Source: Lachnospiraceae bacterium (lineage in GTDB: Bacteria; Bacillota; Clostridia; Lachnospirales; Lachnospiraceae). Taken from it: a stretch of DNA of 61,876 nucleotides. The stretch spans positions 1 through 61,876 of the forward strand of contig JBJELZ010000063.1 in the NCBI GenBank assembly GCA_051879415.1, written 5' to 3'. Of this stretch, positions 1 through 9,997 are shown one piece after another. The position numbers were made by a program, and so were the translations under genes. The first letter of the stretch is position 1. Each line of letters starts with the position of its first letter. The notes beneath the pieces are model-generated. The model was not told the origin of the DNA, made no database searches, and saw only the letters and a list, made by a program, of their open reading frames with translations.

Positions 1-27
1 GATTCGTGATTTCCATACGCCGGACAG

Positions 28-1209
28 GTGATGGATTTCGCCCCGGATTATTCATTCAGTTTTGCCATCTTCTTTTTAGGTATGTCTGCAGCATTTCTCG
101 GAAACGTAGTAGAGAAGGATATTCACCGCTCTTCCTTAATTGCAACGATCTGCTTTGCGGCAGGTATGGCGGGAACCGGATTTTTTATCTGGTACGGAGG
201 TCAGCATACAGGAAGTTTAATTTCTCTGATTGGAATTTATGTATGTTACGGTTTCATCATGGGAATCGGTCTTGGAACCGGTTATCTTTCTCCGGTTAAA
301 ACATTGATGCTTTGGTTTGAGGACCGTAAGGGTCTGGCAACAGGTCTTGCGGTAGCCGGTTTTGGTGCAGCGAAGGCAATTGCAAGTCCGATTATGCAGG
401 CACTGTTAGATTCTCTTGGAGATGGTGGAATCTATAAGATGTTCCTGATTCTTGCCGTTGTATATTTTGTCATGATGTTTGTAGGTCATCTCCTTCTTGC
501 AAAACCGGAAGGCTGGCATGAACCTGCAAAGCAGGAAAAAGGTGCCCGTGCCATTGATGTTATCAAAACAAAACCGGTTGTATTCATCGGAATTTGGATT
601 ATGTTCTACTTAAATATCACCTGTGGTCTGGCACTGATCTCACAGGAGAAGATGATTATTAAATGTATCGGACTTGGCGGAATCGTAGGTATCCTTTCCT
701 CCGTAACGGCAGTATTTAATGCCGGTGGACGTCTTGGTTTTTCTGCATGGGCAGATTCCATGAAGGACAGAAATACGATTTATAAGATCATCTTTATTTT
801 ATCCATCGCAGCTACCGGTCTGGTTATCATTACACAGGGTATTACCAATCGTGGCGAAAATACATTCTTTATGATACTGGTACTTGTATTGCTGTTTGTT
901 GTCAATGCAGGATATGGCGGTGGCTTCAGTAATGTGCCTACCCTGCTTTCCGATCATTACGGAATGCAGAATATCAGTGCGATCCACGGAATCACACTTT
1001 CCGCATGGGCAATTGCCGGATTGACCGGTAATCAGGTAGCAACCTTCATTGTAAATCATGTTGGAAGCTTCTTCGATGATGGACATGGTAACATGATCAA
1101 TCCTACCGGCTACCAGACAGTATTGTATCTGACCATTGTACTCTACATAATTTCTCTTCTGGTAAGTATCTTTATGGTAAGTCCCAAGAAGGAGAAGAAG
1201 GAAGCATAA
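28..1209 (+). CDS. MFS transporter, oxalate/formate antiporter (OFA) family; appears N-terminally truncated
   Basis: Multiple TM helices; OFA-like motifs (FSFAIFFLGMSAA, GIGLGTGYLSPVKTLMLWF, GYGGGFS). In-frame TGA at 7-9, so the usual first TM segment is absent. Confidence 0.8.
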   Translation: MMDFAPDYSFSFAIFFLGMSAAFLGNVVEKDIHRSSLIATICFAAGMAGTGFFIWYGGQHTGSLISLIGIYVCYGFIMGIGLGTGYLSPVKTLMLWFEDRKGLATGLAVAGFGAAKAIASPIMQALLDSLGDGGIYKMFLILAVVYFVMMFVGHLLLAKPEGWHEPAKQEKGARAIDVIKTKPVVFIGIWIMFYLNITCGLALISQEKMIIKCIGLGGIVGILSSVTAVFNAGGRLGFSAWADSMKDRNTIYKIIFILSIAATGLVIITQGITNRGENTFFMILVLVLLFVVNAGYGGGFSNVPTLLSDHYGMQNISAIHGITLSAWAIAGLTGNQVATFIVNHVGSFFDDGHGNMINPTGYQTVLYLTIVLYIISLLVSIFMVSPKKEKKEA

Positions 1210-1246
1210 AAAGAATATAAGAAAATTTCTTAGATATGAAGAAGTG

Positions 1247-1278
1247 AAAGGCATCTACCCAAAAAGGTAGATGCCTTT
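1247..1278. terminator. Bidirectional intrinsic terminator between convergent MFS and degV
   Basis: 13-bp inverted repeat AAAGGCATCTACC / GGTAGATGCCTTT. Confidence 0.8.
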
Positions 1279-2164
1279 ATTCGGTTCGCTCCTTTCCCCA
1301 GAAGAACAGGGCGACTGTACCGGGACCGGTATGGCTTCCGATTGTGGTACCTACATAGTAAATTTCAACTTTGCCGTTAAGATGCGGAAAAGCCTGTTCC
1401 ACCAGATCTGCTACCGCACGGGCATCTTCATAGCAGCCGGAATGAGAGATATAACATTTTCCGGAATAGCTGGTGCCATCATCAGCACATTCTTTCATCT
1501 TTTCCACAATCGCTGTAATCACTTTCTTTTTCGTGCGGATTTTGTATCTTGGGATTAATCGTCCCATATGATCCATATTTAACAAAGGACATATATTTAA
1601 TAAGGTACCTACAGTACCGGCGGTTTTTGAAATACGTCCTCCTTTGATATAAAAGGACAGATCAGTGGAGAAAAACCAGTGATTGAGACGTAATTTATTG
1701 TGCTCTGCAAACTGATGAACTTCTTCTATGCTCTTCCCTTCATCACGAAGATCCGCAAGCTTATCCATCAGAAGACCATAGCCGGAGGAGGCTCCTAAAG
1801 AGTCGGTAATTAAGATTTTCCTGTCCGGGTATTCCTCCTGCAGATTCCCTTTCGCAATTAATGCAGAATTGACAACGCCGGAAATGCCGGAGGAAAGAGT
1901 AACATGAAGGATATCATAGCCATCTGCTAAAAATTTCCTGAAATAGGTTTCAAATTCTTCCGGATTAATTTGGGAGGTCTTGGTTTCAGAGCCACTGGCC
2001 ATACGTTGATAAAATTCGTCAAATGGGATAGATTGTCCAAGATCATCAGGATACTGAACACCGTCCAGCTCATAATGAAAGCATATATAGGAAATCTCTC
2101 TTGCTTCGAAATGTTCTTTGGTAAGGTCTGCCGTAGAGCAGCAGCTTAAGATAAACTTACTCAT
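1277..2164 (-). CDS. degV: DegV family fatty-acid-binding protein (FakB-like)
   Basis: KTSQ, LSSGISG, LSFYIKGGRISK and IGSHTGPG motifs. Start set at MSKFIL, downstream of an AGGAGG RBS. Confidence 0.9.
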   Translation of the reverse strand: MSKFILSCCSTADLTKEHFEAREISYICFHYELDGVQYPDDLGQSIPFDEFYQRMASGSETKTSQINPEEFETYFRKFLADGYDILHVTLSSGISGVVNSALIAKGNLQEEYPDRKILITDSLGASSGYGLLMDKLADLRDEGKSIEEVHQFAEHNKLRLNHWFFSTDLSFYIKGGRISKTAGTVGTLLNICPLLNMDHMGRLIPRYKIRTKKKVITAIVEKMKECADDGTSYSGKCYISHSGCYEDARAVADLVEQAFPHLNGKVEIYYVGTTIGSHTGPGTVALFFWGKERTE

Positions 2165-2344
2165 ATGTGATGCCTCCTGCAATGCAATTTTGTAACTTCA
2201 TAAACTTAAGAACCATTGTATAGTAATGATTCTTTGATTTTACAAGTGTAGCATTAATCATCTGCAAATACAATCATTTGAAAGTTTTATCCCAAAAACT
2301 TACCGCTAAAATATGAAAAAATGATGTATATTTTGCGTTATTGA

Positions 2345-2373
2345 TTGACATTAGAAAGTCCTGCCCATAAAAT
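2345..2373 (+). promoter_or_regulatory. SigA-type promoter of the efflux operon
   Basis: TTGACA-N17-TAAAAT upstream of 2460. Confidence 0.6.
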
Positions 2374-2459
2374 AAGAATGCTATTATGCAGGAAATTTCT
2401 GAATTATAAATTCTGTTTGCGTAAGATAAGTATTACATAGAAAGGTATGGTTAATCAAA

Positions 2460-4091
2460 ATGAGAAAAAGAGGAATGGCGCTTACTCTTATGTGTTCCCT
2501 GCTGCTATCAGTCTTTACGATGACAGGATGCAGCACAGAGACCATGGAAAATCTGACCAGCGAGGAGACAGAGCTGCTTAAGGTTGATGTGGTAAGTCCG
2601 CTGATTACGGATGTTAACGTAGAAGGCGAATATGTCGGTATGCTGGAGTATGAAAATCAGGTATCGGTTGTTCCATTGTTAAGTGGAGAGGTAACAGCGA
2701 CCTACTTTGAAGAAGGAGATTATGTAGAAGAAGGAGATCTTCTTTTCACATTGGATGATGAAGCATACCAGCTTCAGCTGGAAAATGCACAAATTACATA
2801 TCAGCAGGCACAGAGCGGGGTGGATTCCCAGCTGGGTCAGTTACAGATGGGACGTGATTCCGCAGCCAATTCCGTTTCTACGGCACAGGAAGGAATCAGT
2901 CAGATACAGGATTCTTATGATTATTTTAATGACCAGATTGCAGATTTAGATGCATCCAAAGCTGATCTGGCGGAAGACAGAGCTGATCTGAAGGAAGATC
3001 TTCTGGAGGTCAGGGACCAGATTTCAGATCTGGAAGAAAGTATACCAAGTATGCAGAATGCATATAACGATGCGTACGCTGCCTATGAAGCTGCGAGGAT
3101 TCAGCGTGAGATAGAAAATACCAGTGGCATACCTACTACAGTATCTGACGCCGATTTTATTATGATGCGTGAAGGCGTTGATCAGCTGTCAAATGCATTA
3201 AGTGCAGCAAGGTCTACACTTTCCAGCTTAAAGAGTGCTGAGGAGCAGATTGACAATGCGATTGCACAGTATGACAGCAGTATGGATCAGCTTGATTCCT
3301 CTAAAGAAGGTCTGATCTATCAGAGGGACAATCTTGATTACAATATGGAGCAGGCTTTACGAGGACAGGCATTGGCACAGGAACAGCTGGATTATTATGA
3401 TAATTACACGATTCCTTCCGCACAGAGTTCTGCTGCAACAACGTTACAGCAGGCACAGTTAGGGATTAATTCGGCCAATCTTCAATTGGAATATACAAGA
3501 GTGACGGCACCGGTATCAGGTACGATCATGATGAAGAATGTGGAAGAATTGGGCATGGCTCAGGCGGGTTATGCTGCTTATGTGATTGTCAGTGATGATG
3601 GAGCAGTTGCATCCTTTAGTGTACCGGAAAGCACTTATCATATGCTGTCATTGGGACAGCCTGTTACAGTGGAAAGAAACGGTGTTACCTATGAAGGAAG
3701 TATTGTAGAGCTTCCGCTTCAGGTAAACCAGCAGACAGGGCTGTTCACGATCAAGGCAGCTTTAAAGGGGAATACGGATAATCTGGTAATGGGCACTTCT
3801 GTAAAGATTACACTGACCATGCAGCATGCGGACAATGTATTAACCATTCCCATCGACTGCGTTTATTATGAAAGCGGTAAGGCATTTACCTATGTGCTGG
3901 AGGGTAATGTGGTTCGTAAGGTGTTTATTGAGACAGGTCTCTATGATGATGTCAATATGCAGATTCTGGATGGTATTACAGAGGATATGCGTGTGATTAC
4001 CACATGGTCTTCTACGTTAAGAGATGGACTGACGGTTCAGGTCAGTGAAGAGAGCCTGGTTTCTGATACAATTAATACGGAAGCAGAATAG
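2460..4091 (+). CDS. Efflux RND transporter adaptor (membrane fusion protein), probable lipoprotein
   Basis: Signal peptide ending MTGC; lipoyl half-motifs (V..GD.V.EGDLLF and VTAPVSG) flanking a long coiled coil; directly upstream of the RND pump. Confidence 0.85.
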   Translation: MRKRGMALTLMCSLLLSVFTMTGCSTETMENLTSEETELLKVDVVSPLITDVNVEGEYVGMLEYENQVSVVPLLSGEVTATYFEEGDYVEEGDLLFTLDDEAYQLQLENAQITYQQAQSGVDSQLGQLQMGRDSAANSVSTAQEGISQIQDSYDYFNDQIADLDASKADLAEDRADLKEDLLEVRDQISDLEESIPSMQNAYNDAYAAYEAARIQREIENTSGIPTTVSDADFIMMREGVDQLSNALSAARSTLSSLKSAEEQIDNAIAQYDSSMDQLDSSKEGLIYQRDNLDYNMEQALRGQALAQEQLDYYDNYTIPSAQSSAATTLQQAQLGINSANLQLEYTRVTAPVSGTIMMKNVEELGMAQAGYAAYVIVSDDGAVASFSVPESTYHMLSLGQPVTVERNGVTYEGSIVELPLQVNQQTGLFTIKAALKGNTDNLVMGTSVKITLTMQHADNVLTIPIDCVYYESGKAFTYVLEGNVVRKVFIETGLYDDVNMQILDGITEDMRVITTWSSTLRDGLTVQVSEESLVSDTINTEAE

Positions 4092-4105
4092 CGGGGAGGA
4101 GCATC

Positions 4106-7100
4106 GTGCATAAATTTACTAAACTCTGTTTAAAAAAGCCGGTTTCTACTGTTATTATCATCATGGCACTTGCCATCTTTGGTATTACGTCAGTTCTTGG
4201 CATGAATATGCAGCTGACACCGGATATGGTATTACCCATGATCATTGCTTATACGGTATATCCGCAGGCAGGACCGGAGGAGGTTGACCGTCTGGTTACC
4301 CAGGAACTGGAGCAGGTAGGTGCTACCATTGAAGGGCTTGACAGCATTTCTTCCCAGTCACTGGAAAATGTTTCTTACATGATCTATTCTTTTAAATATG
4401 GTACGGATATTGATGAGGCCTATACGGATCTGCAGCAGGAGATCAATGCCATAAAGGGTAATCTTCCGGAAGAATGTCTGGATCCGGTTCTGGTGGTTAT
4501 GGATATCAATGCAGTACAGTCCATGACATTGTCCGTGACTTCGGATACCGGTGCGGATGTACGTTCCTTTGTGGAAAATTCCCTGGAACCGAAGATTTCC
4601 TCTGTTGCCAATGTGGCAAGTACTTCAGTAACCGGTGGACAGGAAGATTATATCCGTATTCAGGTGATTCCGGAACTGCTTTCGGAATATGGCCTGGATA
4701 TGGCAACGCTTGCGACCTATATCACTTCTTCTGACTTTTCCATTCCGGCAGGTTTGGTGGATATGGGGTCCCAGACATTAAATGTCAATGCCAAGGTAAG
4801 CTATGATACTATCTACGACCTGGAAAATATTCCGATTCTGACAGGACGGGGCGGTACGATCCGGCTGGGGGACGTGGCAGTGGTTTCCTTTGCCCAGAAG
4901 GATGCGGATTCCATCAGCCGTTTTAACGGTGAGGATAATGTTACGCTGGATATCACCAAGAAGCAGGGAAGTAATGCGGTAGAGCTTTCAAAAGATGTGA
5001 AGGCTGTGATTGAAGAAATGGCAGAGGACTATCCGGAGATGCAGGTGGAGGTCATTTACGACAGCAGTACCTCTATTGTCAGTTCCCTGACAAGTGTAGG
5101 GGAAACGCTGATTCTGGGTGTTGTTCTTTCCATGCTGGTATTGTTTATCTTTTTCGGAGATATCAAGGCAAGTCTGATTGTCGGAAGCTCCATGCCGGTC
5201 TCATTGCTGGTGACACTTCTGTTGATGGGCGCATGTGGATTTTCTTTGAATGTTGTTACCATGGGAGCTATGGTAATCGGAATCGGTATGATGGTTGATA
5301 ACTCGATTGTCGTACTGGAAATGTGTTTCCAGAAACGTGATGAGGGACGCTCCTTTGAAGAGTCAGCCTATGATGCAGTTAAGACGGTTGCAATGTCCAT
5401 TACGGCTTCTACCATTACGACAATCGTTGTTTATCTTCCTTTGGCCTTGATGAAAGGGCTTTCCGGACAGATTTTTGGACAGCTGGGATTTACGATTATC
5501 TTTTCTCTGACAGCTTCCCTGATTGCAGCTGTTACGTTGATTCCGTTATGTTTTGCCAAGTATCATCCGATCGAGAAGAAGGAATTTCCGGTGGCACGGG
5601 GCGTCAGAAATCTTGCTAAAGTATATGGTCGCTTTTTAGAGAAAGTATTGAATAAAAAAATCATTGCAATTCTGGTAACAGCCGGTTTGGTTGCCTTGAC
5701 AGGATTTGGATTAACACAGTTGCATACCCAGCTGATGGCTCAATCTGATGAAGGAACCATTTCCATGTCAGTAGATGTCAAACCGGGACTTGGACTGGAA
5801 AGCAAGGATGAACTGTTGCAGGAGCTGGAAGCATTTGTGGCAGCAGATGAAGATGTAAATACTTACAATGTCAGTGCCTCTCAGGGAACATCTACGATTC
5901 ATGTGACAGCCTATCTGAAGCCGGACCGTTCCAGAAGTACATTGGAAATTGTGGATGAATGGAATGCGGAGCTGGCAGATATGAAAAATGCGGAAGTGCT
6001 TTGTACTTCCACCAGTTCAATGTCCATGGGCAGTATGGGAACGGATTCCAAAGAAGTTGATATCAGATGTGCCAATATGGAACAGTTAAAAGAAGCATCG
6101 GCATTGATTGCAGATGCCATTAAGGATGTACCGGGAGTTGTTAGTGTAGAAACAGATTTTCAGGATTCTACCAGTAAGGCAGAGATTGCCATAGATCCGG
6201 TTAAGGCAACCGGCGCAGGAATTCTGCCGGCACAGGCTGCCTCAGCTGTATATGCAGCCAAGAATGGTACGGATGTTATGGATCTGGCAATCAATGAGAA
6301 GGATTATACAGTCACACTGGAGTATCCGGCAGAGCTTTATGAGAATATTGCTGATCTGATGAATATGCCGTTGACCACCAACTTCGGAACAAGTATTACA
6401 CTTTCTGATATTGCTGAGATTAAATATACTGACAGTCCGCAGATGATCAAGCGGACGGATGGATATTATCAGGCTGCTATTGTAGCCAATCTTACCGATG
6501 ATCTGAAGTATGAAGCAATGGACGAGATTGATGAAATTGTTGCAGGACTGAAAATGCCAAGCGGTGTTACCATGGCAGAGGATTCTTATACACAGATGAT
6601 TACGGAAGAATTTACCTCTATTTTCCAGGCAATTCTGATTGCACTCTGGCTGGTATTTATGGTTATGACCATGCAGTTTGAATCAGCCAGATATTCCGGT
6701 ATGATCATGTTCTGTATTCCGTTTTCCTTAATCGGTTCGGTCATGATGCTCTGGATCTCCGGAATTCCACTGGACATGACTTCCATGATGGGATTTCTGA
6801 TGCTGGAAGGTATCGTAGTAAACAACGGTATCCTGATGGTCGACACCACAAACCAGTTCTTAGAAACCATGCCGGTGGAAAAAGCATTGGTAGAAGCAGG
6901 TAAATCAAGACTTCGTCCGATCTTGATGACTACGCTTACAACAATTCTGTCCATGGTGCCGATGGCATTGGGACTTGGATCCAACGGACAGATGATGCAG
7001 GGTATGGCAATGGTTATTGTCGGTGGGCTTGTGGCATCAACATTGCTGACGCTGATCCTTCTTCCAACCTTCTATATGATCATTCGGAAGAAACCGAAGC

Positions 7101-7135
7101 GGGCGAAGAAACAGAAGGAAACGGCGCAGGCATAA
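4106..7135 (+). CDS. RND (AcrB/SwrC-like) efflux permease
   Basis: 1009 aa, two-repeat topology, MVDNSIVVLE and RLRPILMTTLTT motifs; GTG start after a GGAGG RBS. Confidence 0.93.
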   Translation: MHKFTKLCLKKPVSTVIIIMALAIFGITSVLGMNMQLTPDMVLPMIIAYTVYPQAGPEEVDRLVTQELEQVGATIEGLDSISSQSLENVSYMIYSFKYGTDIDEAYTDLQQEINAIKGNLPEECLDPVLVVMDINAVQSMTLSVTSDTGADVRSFVENSLEPKISSVANVASTSVTGGQEDYIRIQVIPELLSEYGLDMATLATYITSSDFSIPAGLVDMGSQTLNVNAKVSYDTIYDLENIPILTGRGGTIRLGDVAVVSFAQKDADSISRFNGEDNVTLDITKKQGSNAVELSKDVKAVIEEMAEDYPEMQVEVIYDSSTSIVSSLTSVGETLILGVVLSMLVLFIFFGDIKASLIVGSSMPVSLLVTLLLMGACGFSLNVVTMGAMVIGIGMMVDNSIVVLEMCFQKRDEGRSFEESAYDAVKTVAMSITASTITTIVVYLPLALMKGLSGQIFGQLGFTIIFSLTASLIAAVTLIPLCFAKYHPIEKKEFPVARGVRNLAKVYGRFLEKVLNKKIIAILVTAGLVALTGFGLTQLHTQLMAQSDEGTISMSVDVKPGLGLESKDELLQELEAFVAADEDVNTYNVSASQGTSTIHVTAYLKPDRSRSTLEIVDEWNAELADMKNAEVLCTSTSSMSMGSMGTDSKEVDIRCANMEQLKEASALIADAIKDVPGVVSVETDFQDSTSKAEIAIDPVKATGAGILPAQAASAVYAAKNGTDVMDLAINEKDYTVTLEYPAELYENIADLMNMPLTTNFGTSITLSDIAEIKYTDSPQMIKRTDGYYQAAIVANLTDDLKYEAMDEIDEIVAGLKMPSGVTMAEDSYTQMITEEFTSIFQAILIALWLVFMVMTMQFESARYSGMIMFCIPFSLIGSVMMLWISGIPLDMTSMMGFLMLEGIVVNNGILMVDTTNQFLETMPVEKALVEAGKSRLRPILMTTLTTILSMVPMALGLGSNGQMMQGMAMVIVGGLVASTLLTLILLPTFYMIIRKKPKRAKKQKETAQA

Positions 7136-7637
7136 TGGAATCTCCGCGCCTGAACGGTGTAATGACACCACAGGCAATCTTATTGCCGGAATTGCCGGAA
7201 GGCTGTGTGGTAAAATCATCAACATTGTCATGCACGATGACGGATCTGCCGATGATCTGTGGGATCGTAAATTGTTCGGCATAAACATTCATAAATGCAT
7301 ATCCGCTTGTAGAAAGCAGGGGCGGCAGATCTCCGGTGTGATGGGGATGTGGCTGCCCCATCAGATTAAGATGACCACCGGTGTTATTGAACTGATCTGA
7401 GCAGTTACCATTTTCATGGATATGAAATCCATAAAATGTCGGAATGCCTGCAGGCATACGGTGCGGAAGGTGATAAAATTCTGCGCAAATCAGGACACCT
7501 TCATAGGGTGTCTTATAAAATCTTACGGTTCCCTTCAGATCAGGGTTGTCAGAGTTGCCGCGTACCATGGCAATTGCCTGCGGGAGATCGTTGTGAAGGA
7601 TATCCATAAATAAATCGTGACAGGGATAGAAAATCAT
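7080..7637 (-). CDS. sodC: Cu/Zn superoxide dismutase family protein
   Basis: GFHIHE, GGH, HPHHTGDLP, GRSVIVH and GNSGNKIACG motifs. Start at MIFYP after GAGAGG. Confidence 0.85.
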   Translation of the reverse strand: MIFYPCHDLFMDILHNDLPQAIAMVRGNSDNPDLKGTVRFYKTPYEGVLICAEFYHLPHRMPAGIPTFYGFHIHENGNCSDQFNNTGGHLNLMGQPHPHHTGDLPPLLSTSGYAFMNVYAEQFTIPQIIGRSVIVHDNVDDFTTQPSGNSGNKIACGVITPFRRGDSIMPAPFPSVSSPASVSSE

Positions 7638-7759
7638 AGTGTCGCCTCTCAAAATATTGATATTTAGAAATATTGCAAAGTGCCGCATAATGCTGGTCAA
7701 GTTTCGCAATTATTTATAGTGATATGATTATATATGCAGGCAGGAAAGGAAACGTTCCA

Positions 7760-9010
7760 ATGAATCAGGTGGTAGTTAGGTTAAAAAAGGGCGAAGGAAG
7801 AATGCTCAAGTCGGGTGGATTATGGGTATTTGACAATGAGATCGATCAGGTCCGCGGGACACTTGCCGGTGATGAAAGTAGAACAGAAGAAGAGAAGTGG
7901 GACAGTGTATATCATAATGGAGATATTGTAGTTGTGGAAGATTTTGACGGATATCCTTTGGGAAAGGGATTTATTAATGTCAATTCCAAGATCCGTATCC
8001 GTATGATGACAAGAGATGTTTCACAGGAAATAGATGAAGAATTTCTTAAGAGACGTGTAAAGAATGCATGGGAGTACCGGAAGAAAACGGTAGATACAGA
8101 CAGCTGCCGTGTGATTTTCGGAGAGGCAGATTTTTTGCCGGGACTGGTCGTGGATAAATTTTCTGATGTGCTGGTTGTCCAGTCTCTGGCATTGGGGATT
8201 GACCGTTATAAGAAGGTGATTGTCGATCTTTTAAAAGCATTGATGGCAGAAGACGGCATTATCATCCGAGGCGTCTATGAGAGAAGTGATGCCAAGGAGC
8301 GGGAGAAAGAAGGCATGATGCGTGTTACAGGATTTCTCGGAGAGGAATTTGATACCAAAGTGCCCATTGTTGAGAATGGCGTAAAATATATCGTAGATGT
8401 GAAAGACGGCCAGAAGACCGGATTTTTTCTGGATCAGAAATACAATCGCCTGGCGATCCAGCGTTTATGCAAGGATGCAAAGGTCTTGGATTGTTTCACG
8501 CATACAGGTTCCTTTGCATTAAATGCAGGTATTGCCGGAGCAAAGAGTGTGCTGGGCGTTGATGCATCAGAGCTTGCTGTTGCACAGGCAACGGAAAATG
8601 CAGCACTGAACGGACTTTCCGATACAGTAAAATTCATGGTGGCTGATGTCTTTGAACTTCTGCCGGGTCTTGTGGAGAAAAAAGAGTTATTTGATGTTGT
8701 TATCCTGGATCCGCCTGCTTTTACCAAATCCAGAAATTCCATTAAAAATGCAATGAAAGGGTACCGGGAAATTAACATCAAAGGATTAAAATTGGTAAAG
8801 GACGGTGGATATTTTGCAACCTGCTCCTGCTCTCATTTTATGGACTATGAGAATTTTACCAAGGTAATCGGTCAGGCAGCAGCCAGTGCCCATAAGAGAC
8901 TCCGCCAGGTGGAGTTCCGTACCCAGTCCCCGGATCACCCGATTCTGTGGTCGGCGGATGAGAGTTATTATCTTAAGTTTTATATTTTCCAGGTGGTGAA
9001 CGAATACTAA
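7760..9010 (+). CDS. Class I SAM-dependent rRNA methyltransferase (RlmI/YwbD-like, with PUA domain)
   Basis: GQKTGFFLDQ, VLDCFTHTGSF, DVVILDPPAF and TCSCS motifs. Confidence 0.88.
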   Translation: MNQVVVRLKKGEGRMLKSGGLWVFDNEIDQVRGTLAGDESRTEEEKWDSVYHNGDIVVVEDFDGYPLGKGFINVNSKIRIRMMTRDVSQEIDEEFLKRRVKNAWEYRKKTVDTDSCRVIFGEADFLPGLVVDKFSDVLVVQSLALGIDRYKKVIVDLLKALMAEDGIIIRGVYERSDAKEREKEGMMRVTGFLGEEFDTKVPIVENGVKYIVDVKDGQKTGFFLDQKYNRLAIQRLCKDAKVLDCFTHTGSFALNAGIAGAKSVLGVDASELAVAQATENAALNGLSDTVKFMVADVFELLPGLVEKKELFDVVILDPPAFTKSRNSIKNAMKGYREINIKGLKLVKDGGYFATCSCSHFMDYENFTKVIGQAAASAHKRLRQVEFRTQSPDHPILWSADESYYLKFYIFQVVNEY

Positions 9011-9092
9011 GGTGTTCGTAAAAAAGACAAAATAATTTTATTTGCTACAGTTGTTATGACGTGTTAATATTGAATAAAAGAGAGAGGGTAAA

Positions 9093-9944
9093 ATGACAGA
9101 ACAAATGAATAACAATAGCCTTGCCCAGGAAAAGGAAGCTGTCAATATACTGGTAGATGGACTTACACTTTTTGATGATGACCTGATGAGCAGGGTTTTT
9201 GATAAAAATATAGTAGCAACGGAACTTGTTCTTCGAATTATACTGGGAAGAAATATTAAGGTCATCAGTGTGACCGGTCAGGATGAACTTAAGAATCATG
9301 AAGTTGGTGGACGTAATATCACCTTGGATGTACATGCGATTGATGTAAATGGAGAAGAAATTGATATTGAAGTCCAGGGCAACTCTGTGGGAGCTGATAT
9401 CAGACGTGCCAGATTCCATAGTAGTATGGTTGATTCCAGAATGCTTGGAGAAGGGCAGAAGTTCAAGGAGCTTAAGGATTCCTATGTGATATTCATTTAT
9501 AAGCATGACAAGTTTAGGAAAGGTTTGCCATTGTATCATATAGACCGATATGTAAGAGAGACGAATGAATTATTTGATGATGGTTCACATATCATTTATG
9601 TGAATGGCAACTATAAAGGCAATGATGAAATTGGTCAGTTAATGAAAGATTTTCACCAGACTGACCCAGAAAATATGCATTATGAGGCATTGGCACAGGG
9701 AGTGAAACATTTTAAAGAAACTGAGGAAGGACGTGAGAATATGTGTGAAGCAGTTGAAAAATATGCAAAAGAATATGCAAAAGAATATGCAAAAGAATAT
9801 GCAAAAGAATATGCTGTAAGAGAAAAGATTGTTTCTGTGAAAAATCTTATGGAAAACATGAAGATTTCTTTGGATCAGGCTCTTAATGCTTTAGGAATTC
9901 AAGGTGACGAGAGGGAACTTATAACAAAGCAATTACAGAAATAG
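9093..9944 (+). CDS. Rpn family / PD-(D/E)XK nuclease-like protein
   Basis: LFDDDLMSRVF, ITLDVHAID...IDIEVQ and RARFHSSM motifs; variable repeat-rich C-terminus. Confidence 0.85.
   Translation: MTEQMNNNSLAQEKEAVNILVDGLTLFDDDLMSRVFDKNIVATELVLRIILGRNIKVISVTGQDELKNHEVGGRNITLDVHAIDVNGEEIDIEVQGNSVGADIRRARFHSSMVDSRMLGEGQKFKELKDSYVIFIYKHDKFRKGLPLYHIDRYVRETNELFDDGSHIIYVNGNYKGNDEIGQLMKDFHQTDPENMHYEALAQGVKHFKETEEGRENMCEAVEKYAKEYAKEYAKEYAKEYAVREKIVSVKNLMENMKISLDQALNALGIQGDERELITKQLQK
9760..9814 (+). repeat. 12-bp coding tandem repeat (AATATGCAAAAG, ~4.6 copies) encoding (EYAK)n
   Basis: Read directly from the sequence. Confidence 0.95.
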
Positions 9945-9966
9945 CAATTTGAATCATGTATTTTAA

Positions 9967-9994
9967 AAAGCGGTAGGTAGATCTACTGCTTTTT
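9967..9994 (+). terminator. Intrinsic terminator after rpn
   Basis: AAAAGCGGTAG / CTACTGCTTTT stem followed by a T-run. Confidence 0.7.
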
Positions 9995-9997
9995 ATG

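Noticed and set aside
9093..9944. Rpn gene as an IS transposase mobilising the repeats
   Set aside because: No terminal IRs or target duplication flank it, its flanks do not match the repeat ends, and the family is not shown to be true transposases despite the annotation name.
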